A DNA stretch of 35,065 nt from a virus (lineage: Duplodnaviria; Caudoviricetes), in IMG/VR virus record IMGVR_UViG_3300005512_000143, positions 1 through 35,065 of that record; one strand, written 5' to 3'. Below are positions 27,491 through 35,065 of the stretch, in pieces. The stretch's first letter is position 1; every line of letters starts with the position of its first letter. The notes beneath the pieces were generated by a model. The model was not told where the DNA came from. It did no database searches and was given only the letters and a program-made list of their open reading frames with translations. A program made the translations under genes and the position numbers.

Positions 27491-28128
27491 TTCACAACCT
27501 CCTCCGGTGCAGGTATCAGCCCGCACTCAATATAATTCTTAATCGGCACTTCGCCAACCTCGTATCTTGTGTCCGTGTTAAACTCCTCGCCACTCTGTAA
27601 CCGTCGCTGTACTTCCAGATCAATGACGAAGCCCAGATCTGAAAGTGAGTATATCTCCGGGATCTCCTCTTGGGAGAAGACGACGATGGCGGATCCTTTT
27701 GGTGAGCTTCCCACGGACTTGCCGTCAATCTCGAATTTGATTCGGCCATACAAAGGAATTAAATATTTGGCATATTTCCATATGTAATTCCTCCATGCTT
27801 TCATTTCGGTTGATGAAGGAATTAATAATAATGCTAAATCCGCACCCTTTCTACGGTGAACATGATAATATGCCATATGAATCCAATCCGATAACGACGA
27901 GGTTGGATGACATATTCTGCCGTAAGGAGGATTACAAAAAACTCGCCCATACCAATTCTCTCCCAATCCACTTACATCAGGGGAAAATAATCCATCTGGA
28001 CATTTGCAATTTTCCTCAGTACAAGCTACATCCATTTCAAAATGAAACACCTCATCCAGCCTGTCAAATAACTTCTGCGGCGTTTCCCATTCCTGCGACT
28101 TTGCAGGGGGCATGTATGATTTACTCAT
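27487..28128 (-). CDS. Phage DNA N6-adenine methyltransferase (Dam family)
   Basis: 'EWETPQKLFDRL...FEMDVAC...VFCNPPYG...GRIKF'; true start is probably ATG 28128 after AGGAGG. Confidence 0.9.
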   Translation of the reverse strand: MSKSYMPPAKSQEWETPQKLFDRLDEVFHFEMDVACTEENCKCPDGLFSPDVSGLGENWYGRVFCNPPYGRICHPTSSLSDWIHMAYYHVHRRKGADLALLLIPSSTEMKAWRNYIWKYAKYLIPLYGRIKFEIDGKSVGSSPKGSAIVVFSQEEIPEIYSLSDLGFVIDLEVQRRLQSGEEFNTDTRYEVGEVPIKNYIECGLIPAPEEVVK

Positions 28129-28152
28129 TTTATTCCTCCTATATTTGGTATT

Positions 28153-28259
28153 TGCCCGGCGCCGGGATTCGAACCCGGAAGGCAATCCATATTAAATTGC
28201 CACTTCTTACCTCTTATATGAGCGCATGTGTTGACGACTCCCAGAACGCCACGCCGGGC
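28153..28259 (-). ncRNA. tRNA-like element (perfect T-arm, 8-bp acceptor, long variable arm, non-canonical anticodon arm)
   Basis: Acceptor GCCCGGCG/CGCCGGGC; T-arm CCGGG-TTCGAAT-CCCGG; variable stem GGCAAT/ATTGCC; D-like arm GGCG-TTCTGGGAGT-CGTC. Confidence 0.65.
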
Positions 28260-28284
28260 AAACTGTTATTTCCTGTTTATTTTC

Positions 28285-28566
28285 TTAGCCATCGCCATAG
28301 CCATAACCATTGCCAGCGCCAAATCCATAGCCATAGCCAGAGCCATAGCCAGAGCCAGCGCCATCGCCATAGCCATAGCCAGAGCCAGAGCCAGCGCCAG
28401 AGCCAGAGCCGGCGCCAGAGCTAGAGCCATAGCCAGAGCCAGCGCCATCGCCATCGCCAGAACCATAACCAGAGCCAGAGCCATCGCCATAGCCATCGCC
28501 AGAACCAGCGCCAGAGCCAGAGCCATAACCAGAGCCATAACCAGAGCCATTATCTATTTTTCCCAT
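28285..28566 (-). CDS. Gly-rich low-complexity protein, copy 2
   Basis: ATG overlaps the end of the DUF6948-like gene; GGC/GGT/GGA variation is synonymous in this frame. Confidence 0.6.
   Translation of the reverse strand: MGKIDNGSGYGSGYGSGSGAGSGDGYGDGSGSGYGSGDGDGAGSGYGSSSGAGSGSGAGSGSGYGYGDGAGSGYGSGYGYGFGAGNGYGYGDG
28288..28550. repeat. Degenerate 6-bp tandem array, second copy
   Basis: Directly visible; shares its flank with the first array. Confidence 0.95.
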
Positions 28567-28898
28567 ATTGCCACCCCTTTTATAGATTTCCGAGCTTTCT
28601 CTGTCACAGCTATTAATTCGATAGCTTCTGTCAATGTTATTCTAATGACTTCACACGGGAACTTACACTTTCCTGGACATTTTGTCCCCTCCATTGCTAA
28701 TTGGGACAGTGATGCTGCTCCATCCCAATACCACAATCTCCTTGCATTTTTCAAGACGACTTCCTTGCCATTTCGTGAAACAAGTTCACCCGCAAATACT
28801 CCTGCGGAGTATGTTCGCACTATAAAATAGTTCTCGATAATTTCCTCCTCTTTTTTTTCTGGGATATAAGTTACCCCATCTACTATTATTTTTTTCAT
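28554..28898 (-). CDS. DUF6948-like protein (possible Sm-like fold)
   Basis: 'FIVRTYSAGVFAGEL...VVLKNARRLWYWDGAASLSQLAMEG...LTEAIELI'; ATG 28898 after GAGGAG. Confidence 0.75.
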   Translation of the reverse strand: MKKIIVDGVTYIPEKKEEEIIENYFIVRTYSAGVFAGELVSRNGKEVVLKNARRLWYWDGAASLSQLAMEGTKCPGKCKFPCEVIRITLTEAIELIAVTEKARKSIKGVAIWEK

Positions 28899-28915
28899 AT
28901 TTATCACTCCTCTGT

Positions 28916-28976
28916 AAAATAAAAACAGAGAGCCCCATCGATGAACATTGCAAGAGATCGGGAGAGGGCTCCCTGT
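28916..28976 (-). terminator. Terminator/attenuator-like hairpin
   Basis: ACAGGGAGCCC/GGGCTCTCTGT 11-bp stem (one G-U pair) followed by TTTTATTTT. Confidence 0.55.
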
Positions 28977-29064
28977 AAGATTCATTATTATATTGTAGAA
29001 AAACAAAATATTCACCGATAAAAACTCCCAATTACTCTTGCACTTATACTATTATCCGTGTCTT

Positions 29065-29412
29065 CTAAAAATCCTTTTTTTTATTAATCTTTTTTTCCTT
29101 TATTTTCACATTCTTCTCAATTTCCGCCAGGTCATCATCGGTCAAAAGAGCATCTAACATTTTCTTGCCGCAATGTATCTCTTTTGCGATCTGGTACTTC
29201 TTCATCCCGGTCTTCATCATATCAACCACTACCTTGCGCAGGTCGTCCTTGAGAAAATAGGTGTCCTCGTGGAGATTCCTGATATATTTCCCCTCGGCAA
29301 AGTTTTGAATGCGCTTCTTCAGAAGCTCTACAAACATCAGGTAATCCTCATCATCTCCAAGGATGGGAATAAACCACCTTGCCCATCTCATGTCTATATG
29401 CTTGCCATTCAC
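29065..29412 (-). CDS. Hypothetical protein with C-terminal HTH-like motif
   Basis: 'MMKTGMKKYQIAKEIHCGKKMLDALL'. Confidence 0.6.
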   Translation of the reverse strand: MNGKHIDMRWARWFIPILGDDEDYLMFVELLKKRIQNFAEGKYIRNLHEDTYFLKDDLRKVVVDMMKTGMKKYQIAKEIHCGKKMLDALLTDDDLAEIEKNVKIKEKKINKKKDF

Positions 29413-29429
29413 AGATCACACCTCTATTC

Positions 29430-32400
29430 TTATCTCAAAATAGTTTCCATCTCGCGCCGCTCCATATCAAAGCACTGTGGCAATTGTGCTAATAGTCCGT
29501 CATTATGCGATGTAATTATGCCCTGGGTAAGCGTCCCACTAAGGGTACTTATGATTTTCAGAACCTTCGTTGCCGAGTCTGCCCGCAGATTAACGAAGGG
29601 CTCGTCAAGCACAATAAACCCGTAGTTTCCGCCGTGGGATCGTGCCTTGAACAGTGTCAGAGCGATTCTGATTATTAGCCGTATCAATTGCTTCTCTCCG
29701 CCGGAGTATCTGCCGATGGGTCGGATTCCACAGGCGGATTCTATCATAATTTCGAAGTCTTCCTTTGTCTTCCCGCCCTTGGTTTGTGTCTGGGTGACGA
29801 ATCGAATTAGAAATGGGTTGTCTATTATCACAAGGATCTCGTTGACAATGTCCTGTATCCTGGGAATGGAATTGCTTATGAGGTATTGCGGGATTCCTCT
29901 CCTATCGAATGCCTTGTGCAGTGCCGCGTAAATGATGAGGTTGTGTGTGTGGGCTTCAATGTTCTTGTCCATATCTGCGAGTAGTTTTTTGTTATTCTCC
30001 TGCTGTGTTATTGCCTGCTTTGCCATGGCTATATCATACTGGATCACCCGGAGTTTTTCATCGATCCTTCTCTGTTTTTCTTCAGCTTCGAAAATGGTAT
30101 CCCGGAGGGCTGTCTTTCTTTTCTCCGTCATGAGAATCTCATTGTCAATCTTCGATGAGTCTTCTGTGTTCATCTTCTTGGCTTCATCTTTGAGCCGTGT
30201 AAGAATCTCCCGGTATTCGTCGATCTTGCTCTGGTAGAGCTCCGCCTTCTTAGCCTCTTCTTTGATGGTCTGGAAGGCTTTCAGCCCTGTCCGATATTCG
30301 CTTTCCTTATTGAGAAGTTCTTCATTTACCTTATTTTCTTTGAGCATTTTCTTCAATTTGTGAAGACCCATCCTGTCTTCTTTTGATACATATTTTTTGT
30401 TGTCGAGTCTGTCCTGGAAGTTTATTAACTCCTCTTCACTGTCCGCGAGGGCTTCCTTTGCCTGAAATGCGTCCTGAAGAAAACAACAGTTTGAAATGGG
30501 GTTATCGGCACATCCTGCGTTTGAAATCATTGTACTCCGTTTTTCCAAATGGTCAGTTTGCATTTGGAGCTTTTCAATGGAACCTTCAAGAAGTTTTTTC
30601 TTCCCATTAACAGCCATCCGTAGGGATTGTAGCTCCGCCTCCGCTACTCGCAGTCTGCCCATTTTTTGTTTCTCGCCTTTAATTTTCGTAATCTTTGCCC
30701 GCAGACGATCTTCCTCTTCCGGGTCATATCGTAGAGAATCTGCCTTTGCCTTCTGCCCTGTGGCTTCAAGGATCTTCGCTTCGTAGATGTTGCATTGCTT
30801 GACTTTCTCATTATATTGCTTAATGCCTCCTTCTATCGCTGACTTCTTCTCCTGGAGCCGTGCAAGCTCGACACTTGCCTTTTCTTTCATTTTCTGATTT
30901 TTGGTGATTCCTTTCTTGATTTTTTCCAGGGTGTCCAGTGTTTCCTTCTCCTTGACTTCCGCAGACTGTAATTCGTTGGCATAATTTCTATCGGTCTCCA
31001 GGCTTGCAGTAATACGGTCTTTGTTATCATTGTTCACATCAATTTTTGTTTTTAATTCATTTTTCTTGTCCTTGAATACCTCCGCAAATAAGCCGTATTT
31101 CTCAATGTTCAGAAGGTTATGAATGAACTCCATCCGGTCTTTGCGCTTGCCCCCGGTAATATCTCCCACAAGTTCCTGCGACACAAAGATACTCGCTTGC
31201 AATTGCTTAGGGTCTCCGACAAGGGCTTGAATCGCCTCCTGGAAGTCAACTTCCCTGCCGGATGTTATTGAATGATATTCATTGCCGTCGAAGGTGAACA
31301 AGAATGCTTCCTGCGATTGATTCTTTCCTCCCTTGATTTTGCGCTGGGCTTTGTATTTTTTGCCACCGCTCCAGAAGTCAACTTCGATCAATGCGTCACC
31401 ATCGGAGTCCTGTTTGACCTGGTCATATATGGATCCCTTGTATGTGAGAAAATTGGAATAGAATGCGGCAAATATCGCCTCTATCAAGAATGTTTTTCCA
31501 ACTCCATTAGCACCGGAAATTCCAAAGATTCCAGGTTGAAGTTCAAAATCCAGGGTCTTGTGTGGACCAATGTTTTCCAGGTGGATCCTGTCGATCTTCT
31601 CCAAGCTCCCGCCTGATTTCTCCTCCTCGAATGCCGCCTCTTCCTTTGCCGCTTCAATAGCCTTCTCAGCTTCCGGCAATGTTTTTTCCGGTAACAGATT
31701 TTTAATGGCATTAAATTGCTGAAATTGCTCAAATAATGACTCCCCCGAAATCTCCTCCCTGTCCTCTGTTTGCGGTGTTTTGTCGAGTTCTTTCACAAAA
31801 ATGACATTGGGAGGTAACTTTATGTCGGGTTTCTCCGTGTCTTTGATACGATAATGGTCTTCCGTTGTAATTTTGCCGTTGTCCTTATTTTGCTGATATT
31901 CGGAATTAGTGAGCGTGAAGTATCTCTTGCCGGGTATATTAATGTACTCTTCCTTGACAATTTTCTGCTTTTCAGTGTCAATCTCAAGATACTTCCAGCC
32001 TGTTCTGTTACCTTCGTCGCCAAAATCCCTCTGCATTATTGAGCCGATGAATGGTTCCGTCCCTCTGTGGTTATCTCCGAGAGCGATGTAATCAGCACCG
32101 ATAGACTGCAATTCGTCCATCGTGAATGCGAATTTGTCATCGCCGAACAAGTGTCCGCCACGGGCTTCAGACCCGACGAGAATGCAATGACCGAGAAGAA
32201 TCTTGAATTCGTTGTCATAACTCTTGGATAGGATTCTCATTTCGTCCAGGATTTTGTCTTTGAATATCCGGTCTGAATTTGGCTTTGCCATCTCCTTTGC
32301 CGTCAACCTCTCGCTCTTGAACATCCAAGGCATGGCGAGTAGAGCGATTCCAGGAGTTAATTTTAAACTCATTGGTTTTTCTACGAGGTAATTCACCTTC

Positions 32401-32702
32401 AAAGTTCTCAGTGCCGATTTGTCACCTCCCCTCTTGTCATGTTGCCCAGCGATGGTGATCGTTGGTATCCCAGCGTTGGCAAGATCCACAAGCATATCGT
32501 TTGCCGTGCCTACTATTTCACCGACGGATTTACTTCGGTCAGCGATATTAATATAGTGGAAGAAATCTCCAGCGCACAGGTGATAATTGACGCCCATTTG
32601 CCGCATCTCGTTGAAGGAATATTTCAGGGCTGTTACCGTTTCATTCAGCCACTTGCCGCAAAGGTGAATATCTGCGGTTATTCCGAGTTTTATTATGCTC
32701 AT
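29430..32702 (-). CDS. Fused SbcD (Mre11-like) nuclease and SbcC (Rad50-like) ATPase
   Basis: Metallophosphoesterase motifs 'ADIHL', 'AGDFF', 'AGQHD', 'LLGH', 'ALGDNH'; Walker A 'GANGVGKT'; long coiled coil; 'YSGGEK'; 'VLDEPF'; 'ITSH'. Confidence 0.92.
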   Translation of the reverse strand: MSIIKLGITADIHLCGKWLNETVTALKYSFNEMRQMGVNYHLCAGDFFHYINIADRSKSVGEIVGTANDMLVDLANAGIPTITIAGQHDKRGGDKSALRTLKVNYLVEKPMSLKLTPGIALLAMPWMFKSERLTAKEMAKPNSDRIFKDKILDEMRILSKSYDNEFKILLGHCILVGSEARGGHLFGDDKFAFTMDELQSIGADYIALGDNHRGTEPFIGSIMQRDFGDEGNRTGWKYLEIDTEKQKIVKEEYINIPGKRYFTLTNSEYQQNKDNGKITTEDHYRIKDTEKPDIKLPPNVIFVKELDKTPQTEDREEISGESLFEQFQQFNAIKNLLPEKTLPEAEKAIEAAKEEAAFEEEKSGGSLEKIDRIHLENIGPHKTLDFELQPGIFGISGANGVGKTFLIEAIFAAFYSNFLTYKGSIYDQVKQDSDGDALIEVDFWSGGKKYKAQRKIKGGKNQSQEAFLFTFDGNEYHSITSGREVDFQEAIQALVGDPKQLQASIFVSQELVGDITGGKRKDRMEFIHNLLNIEKYGLFAEVFKDKKNELKTKIDVNNDNKDRITASLETDRNYANELQSAEVKEKETLDTLEKIKKGITKNQKMKEKASVELARLQEKKSAIEGGIKQYNEKVKQCNIYEAKILEATGQKAKADSLRYDPEEEDRLRAKITKIKGEKQKMGRLRVAEAELQSLRMAVNGKKKLLEGSIEKLQMQTDHLEKRSTMISNAGCADNPISNCCFLQDAFQAKEALADSEEELINFQDRLDNKKYVSKEDRMGLHKLKKMLKENKVNEELLNKESEYRTGLKAFQTIKEEAKKAELYQSKIDEYREILTRLKDEAKKMNTEDSSKIDNEILMTEKRKTALRDTIFEAEEKQRRIDEKLRVIQYDIAMAKQAITQQENNKKLLADMDKNIEAHTHNLIIYAALHKAFDRRGIPQYLISNSIPRIQDIVNEILVIIDNPFLIRFVTQTQTKGGKTKEDFEIMIESACGIRPIGRYSGGEKQLIRLIIRIALTLFKARSHGGNYGFIVLDEPFVNLRADSATKVLKIISTLSGTLTQGIITSHNDGLLAQLPQCFDMERREMETILR

Positions 32703-32739
32703 TTACTTCCTTTCCTTCCTTCCTATTTTTCTTCCGGTA

Positions 32740-33828
32740 TTACCACTCATTCATGGTTTTCTGTGCACATTCGCCGCACAGAGGATAGCCGAAGTTTTTC
32801 ACTGCCGCCTCTGCCGTTTCAGCGGCGATCTTCTGCCCGCATTCGTCACAGTATGGATCTTCGTCCCACGCCTCTTCCTTGACCGGCTCCGGGTGTATGC
32901 CCTGCACTTCTTTTGCCGGAGCTTCCGGCGTCTTCTCTGCTATTTTTTCCTCCGCCGCCGCCGTCGCCGCCACCGCCTTCATCAGAATATCATAATCTGC
33001 AATTGTAAGATCAAATTCTTTTGGATTCTTGCCGATCACATTCTGTACAAATGGCGTAACCGTTTTCATATTCATCCCGGATTCCTTACATTTTGCGAAG
33101 AATTCTTTCTTCTTTTTCTCAAGCCGCTTGTCTTTCATCTTCGCCCCGGTATTCAGCCATTTCAGGAATTTTTTCCCGACTTCCTTTGTAATCAAGAATG
33201 AATCATCGCCGAATGAGATCAAGGTTTGGTTTCCCTCCACAATAGCCCTGTGAGATTCATCGATATTGAAAATGAAAGGAAATTCGTAATCTGTCCCGTT
33301 TCTCTGAATAGGAGCCAGTCCGATCTTCCGAGGGACAATCTTTCCTTTATCGTTCTTTTCCAATGCATATTCTGTCTTTGTTCTCATCGTGGCTATGATG
33401 TGGCAATTGCTGTTCAGCATGGCGTCAACAAATTTCCGGTGGAGTGGTGTGAATTTACTCCATGCGAAATATGAGTTCTTGGAGGCGGAGGATTGAGTTT
33501 TCTTGTCAACTTCCTCCAGGATCCCGCCTGCGCCGTCCCACTCGTGGGAAATGCTGTCGATAATAATAATGTCATATCCGGCTTCTTCAGCCGTGGTTAT
33601 CGCCTTCATATATTTCTCCGTGGTGAATGGCGGTGATAATTCCAGCACATCAAACTCGAACAAGTCGGCGTAATAGCTTGCCCTGCCCCTCTCCGTGTCA
33701 ATGACAGCCACCTTTCCACCGAGTCCCTCCGCTATGAGCAATGAACCGTAAGTCTTGCCACTCTTCGAGAGTCCTACCAGTCCTATTCTTAGTCTGGCTT
33801 TTGTTTTTTCAGCCTTTGTAAATTTCAT
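32740..33828 (-). CDS. AAA_24 (Sak4-like) P-loop ATPase with C-terminal Zn finger
   Basis: 'GLSKSGKT', 'IDTE', 'IIDSISHEW', 'HIIATMR', 'DYEF'; CDECG...CGEC. Confidence 0.85.
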   Translation of the reverse strand: MKFTKAEKTKARLRIGLVGLSKSGKTYGSLLIAEGLGGKVAVIDTERGRASYYADLFEFDVLELSPPFTTEKYMKAITTAEEAGYDIIIIDSISHEWDGAGGILEEVDKKTQSSASKNSYFAWSKFTPLHRKFVDAMLNSNCHIIATMRTKTEYALEKNDKGKIVPRKIGLAPIQRNGTDYEFPFIFNIDESHRAIVEGNQTLISFGDDSFLITKEVGKKFLKWLNTGAKMKDKRLEKKKKEFFAKCKESGMNMKTVTPFVQNVIGKNPKEFDLTIADYDILMKAVAATAAAEEKIAEKTPEAPAKEVQGIHPEPVKEEAWDEDPYCDECGQKIAAETAEAAVKNFGYPLCGECAQKTMNEW

Positions 33829-34043
33829 TTTGTTCCCTCCATTTCTTTCTGAATGAACTCCAAGATTCCCTCGTAATACTCCCGTTCTCTGCCATGATAA
33901 TCGGGAGAGGTTGCCAGGCGTTCAATATGTCCATTCGCCTGCTCAATGCAGTCCTCGACGAGGTCGTCAATCTCATCCGGCGTCATATCCCTGTCGTTGG
34001 GATCGGTGGTCAAGTAGTGATCTAATCCTGATATATGGTTCAT
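33825..34043 (-). CDS. Hypothetical protein
   Basis: ATGA-coupled on both sides. Confidence 0.6.
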   Translation of the reverse strand: MNHISGLDHYLTTDPNDRDMTPDEIDDLVEDCIEQANGHIERLATSPDYHGREREYYEGILEFIQKEMEGTK

Positions 34044-34261
34044 AATGCCAGCCCCCGATCTACAGCGGCAAGTACCCGCCGGAAGTCCTTATAACTGCTT
34101 TTCCAGTACAGATCAATCTCAAATTTATTGCTCACAAATATTACCGCAATATCTTTGAAATTACCGGGATATTTTTGAATCATCTCAATTATGTTTTTCT
34201 TCAGTTCTTCGTTTTTTGCCACTTGTTCTGCGGCGATAATAGCCGAGTGATGATGTTTCAT
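34040..34261 (-). CDS. Hypothetical protein
   Basis: Probable ATG 34261 overlapping the upstream stop (ATGA). Confidence 0.55.
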   Translation of the reverse strand: MKHHHSAIIAAEQVAKNEELKKNIIEMIQKYPGNFKDIAVIFVSNKFEIDLYWKSSYKDFRRVLAAVDRGLAL

Positions 34262-34473
34262 CTTTTCATACCCGCCCTTCTTTTGAGTTCGCTTTGGATG
34301 TTCCTGATGCACTCTTTATGATGTGCAATTAGCTTCTGTGTTTCCCGGATGTACGGGTTATGATAGAGGATCTTATTTAGGGTCTCAATCTCCTCCTCGT
34401 GATACCTTTGGGTTTCGTCAAGAAACATCACCGATGTCATCGAGATGAACAGTTTATTTTTTGCTGGTGTCAT
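34258..34473 (-). CDS. Hypothetical protein
   Basis: AAGGAGGT RBS; coupled. Confidence 0.6.
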   Translation of the reverse strand: MTPAKNKLFISMTSVMFLDETQRYHEEEIETLNKILYHNPYIRETQKLIAHHKECIRNIQSELKRRAGMKR

Positions 34474-34654
34474 TTGTTACCTCCTTCAGTGGGCAATTCT
34501 TCGGGAATCCTTCCTCCATATTTTCTATAGGATCCCCTGTTTTTTTGCATATTCGCTGGCTCCTTGGGTTGATGAATTTTCCACACTCGCTCTGTTCCGA
34601 CCAATAGATCCAATTATTGTGCGGACATTCAGAGCAATTATCCAGAATTGTCAT
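34454..34654 (-). CDS. Small Cys-rich hypothetical protein
   Basis: 'CSECPH...C...C...FPKNCPL'; ATGA-coupled. Confidence 0.6.
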   Translation of the reverse strand: MTILDNCSECPHNNWIYWSEQSECGKFINPRSQRICKKTGDPIENMEEGFPKNCPLKEVTNDTSKK

Positions 34655-34836
34655 TTGCTTTCCCTTGCCTTTCTGAGGATCTCCATGTCCTCTGCCTGCC
34701 GCTTCAAGAATTCATTCATCGGCTCATAGGCTCCGATTGCCGACGTGATTATATCTCCCTGTGTTTCTCCGGTTTCGTGGGAATATGATCTGATTTTCTC
34801 CACCGTGTCCGATTCGATAATTACACTGTAGTTCAT
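34651..34836 (-). CDS. Putative ribbon-helix-helix DNA-binding protein
   Basis: ATG 34836 after GAGGTG; 'YSVIIESDTVEKIRSYSHETGETQGDIITSAI'. Confidence 0.5.
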   Translation of the reverse strand: MNYSVIIESDTVEKIRSYSHETGETQGDIITSAIGAYEPMNEFLKRQAEDMEILRKARESK

Positions 34837-34840
34837 TTTA

Positions 34841-35065
34841 TCACCTCTTCTTTCTGCCTTTTCGGGCTTGTTTTTTTTTCTTCTTCCCCCCGGCAAGTTT
34901 CGCACCTTGCCCGGCATTCTCCGTGCCGTCTTCCTTTTCCGCATTTCTGCGGTTTCGGGGGTAGGGCTTATCACTATTCGTAAATGCCATCAGGAAGGGA
35001 ATGGAGAATGAGTTCTTCCATTTCGTTGGGCGTTTCAACTTTTTTCCATCCATCCAATAGATGGG
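34841..35065 (-). CDS. Hypothetical basic protein, probably 5'-truncated by the window edge
   Basis: ORF track 34841..35053; the frame appears open to the edge. Confidence 0.4.
   Translation of the reverse strand, partial: PIYWMDGKKLKRPTKWKNSFSIPFLMAFTNSDKPYPRNRRNAEKEDGTENAGQGAKLAGGKKKKKQARKGRKKR

Noticed and set aside
28129-28185. N-terminal extension of the methylase as given in the ORF track
   Set aside because: It overlaps the tRNA-like T-arm; a strong RBS supports ATG 28128 instead.
26830-28550. Diversity-generating retroelement TR/VR pair
   Set aside because: No reverse transcriptase in the window, and the differences are hexamer order rather than adenine-specific substitutions.
21800-29060. 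CRISPR array or mini-array for the csf genes
   Set aside because: No 25-45 nt repeats separated by unique spacers were seen here or elsewhere in the window; the hexamer arrays have no spacers.

Overview
About 35 kb of a tailed dsDNA phage or prophage (siphovirus-like), with every credible gene on the minus strand. In transcription order (right to left): early/recombination genes (AAA_24 ATPase, fused SbcD-SbcC); an accessory region (DUF6948-like gene, two Gly-rich hexamer-repeat ORFs, a tRNA-like element, Dam-type methylase); a four-gene coupled operon encoding a type IV-B-like CRISPR effector (Cas11-Cas7/Csf2 fusion, Csf1, Csf3) plus a B12-binding-type radical SAM enzyme; replication genes (ERCC4 nuclease, DnaB, ParB-MT-A70 methylase, initiator with iteron-like repeats, HIRAN); a ParB + glycosyltransferase pair; terminase; HK97-type head genes (portal fused to MuF); and tail genes ending in a tape measure gene cut by the window edge. 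The most notable item is the csf operon: it has no CRISPR array, cas6, cysH or dinG in the window, and a radical SAM enzyme occupies the accessory-gene position. All family calls come from motif recognition by eye; no searches were run.
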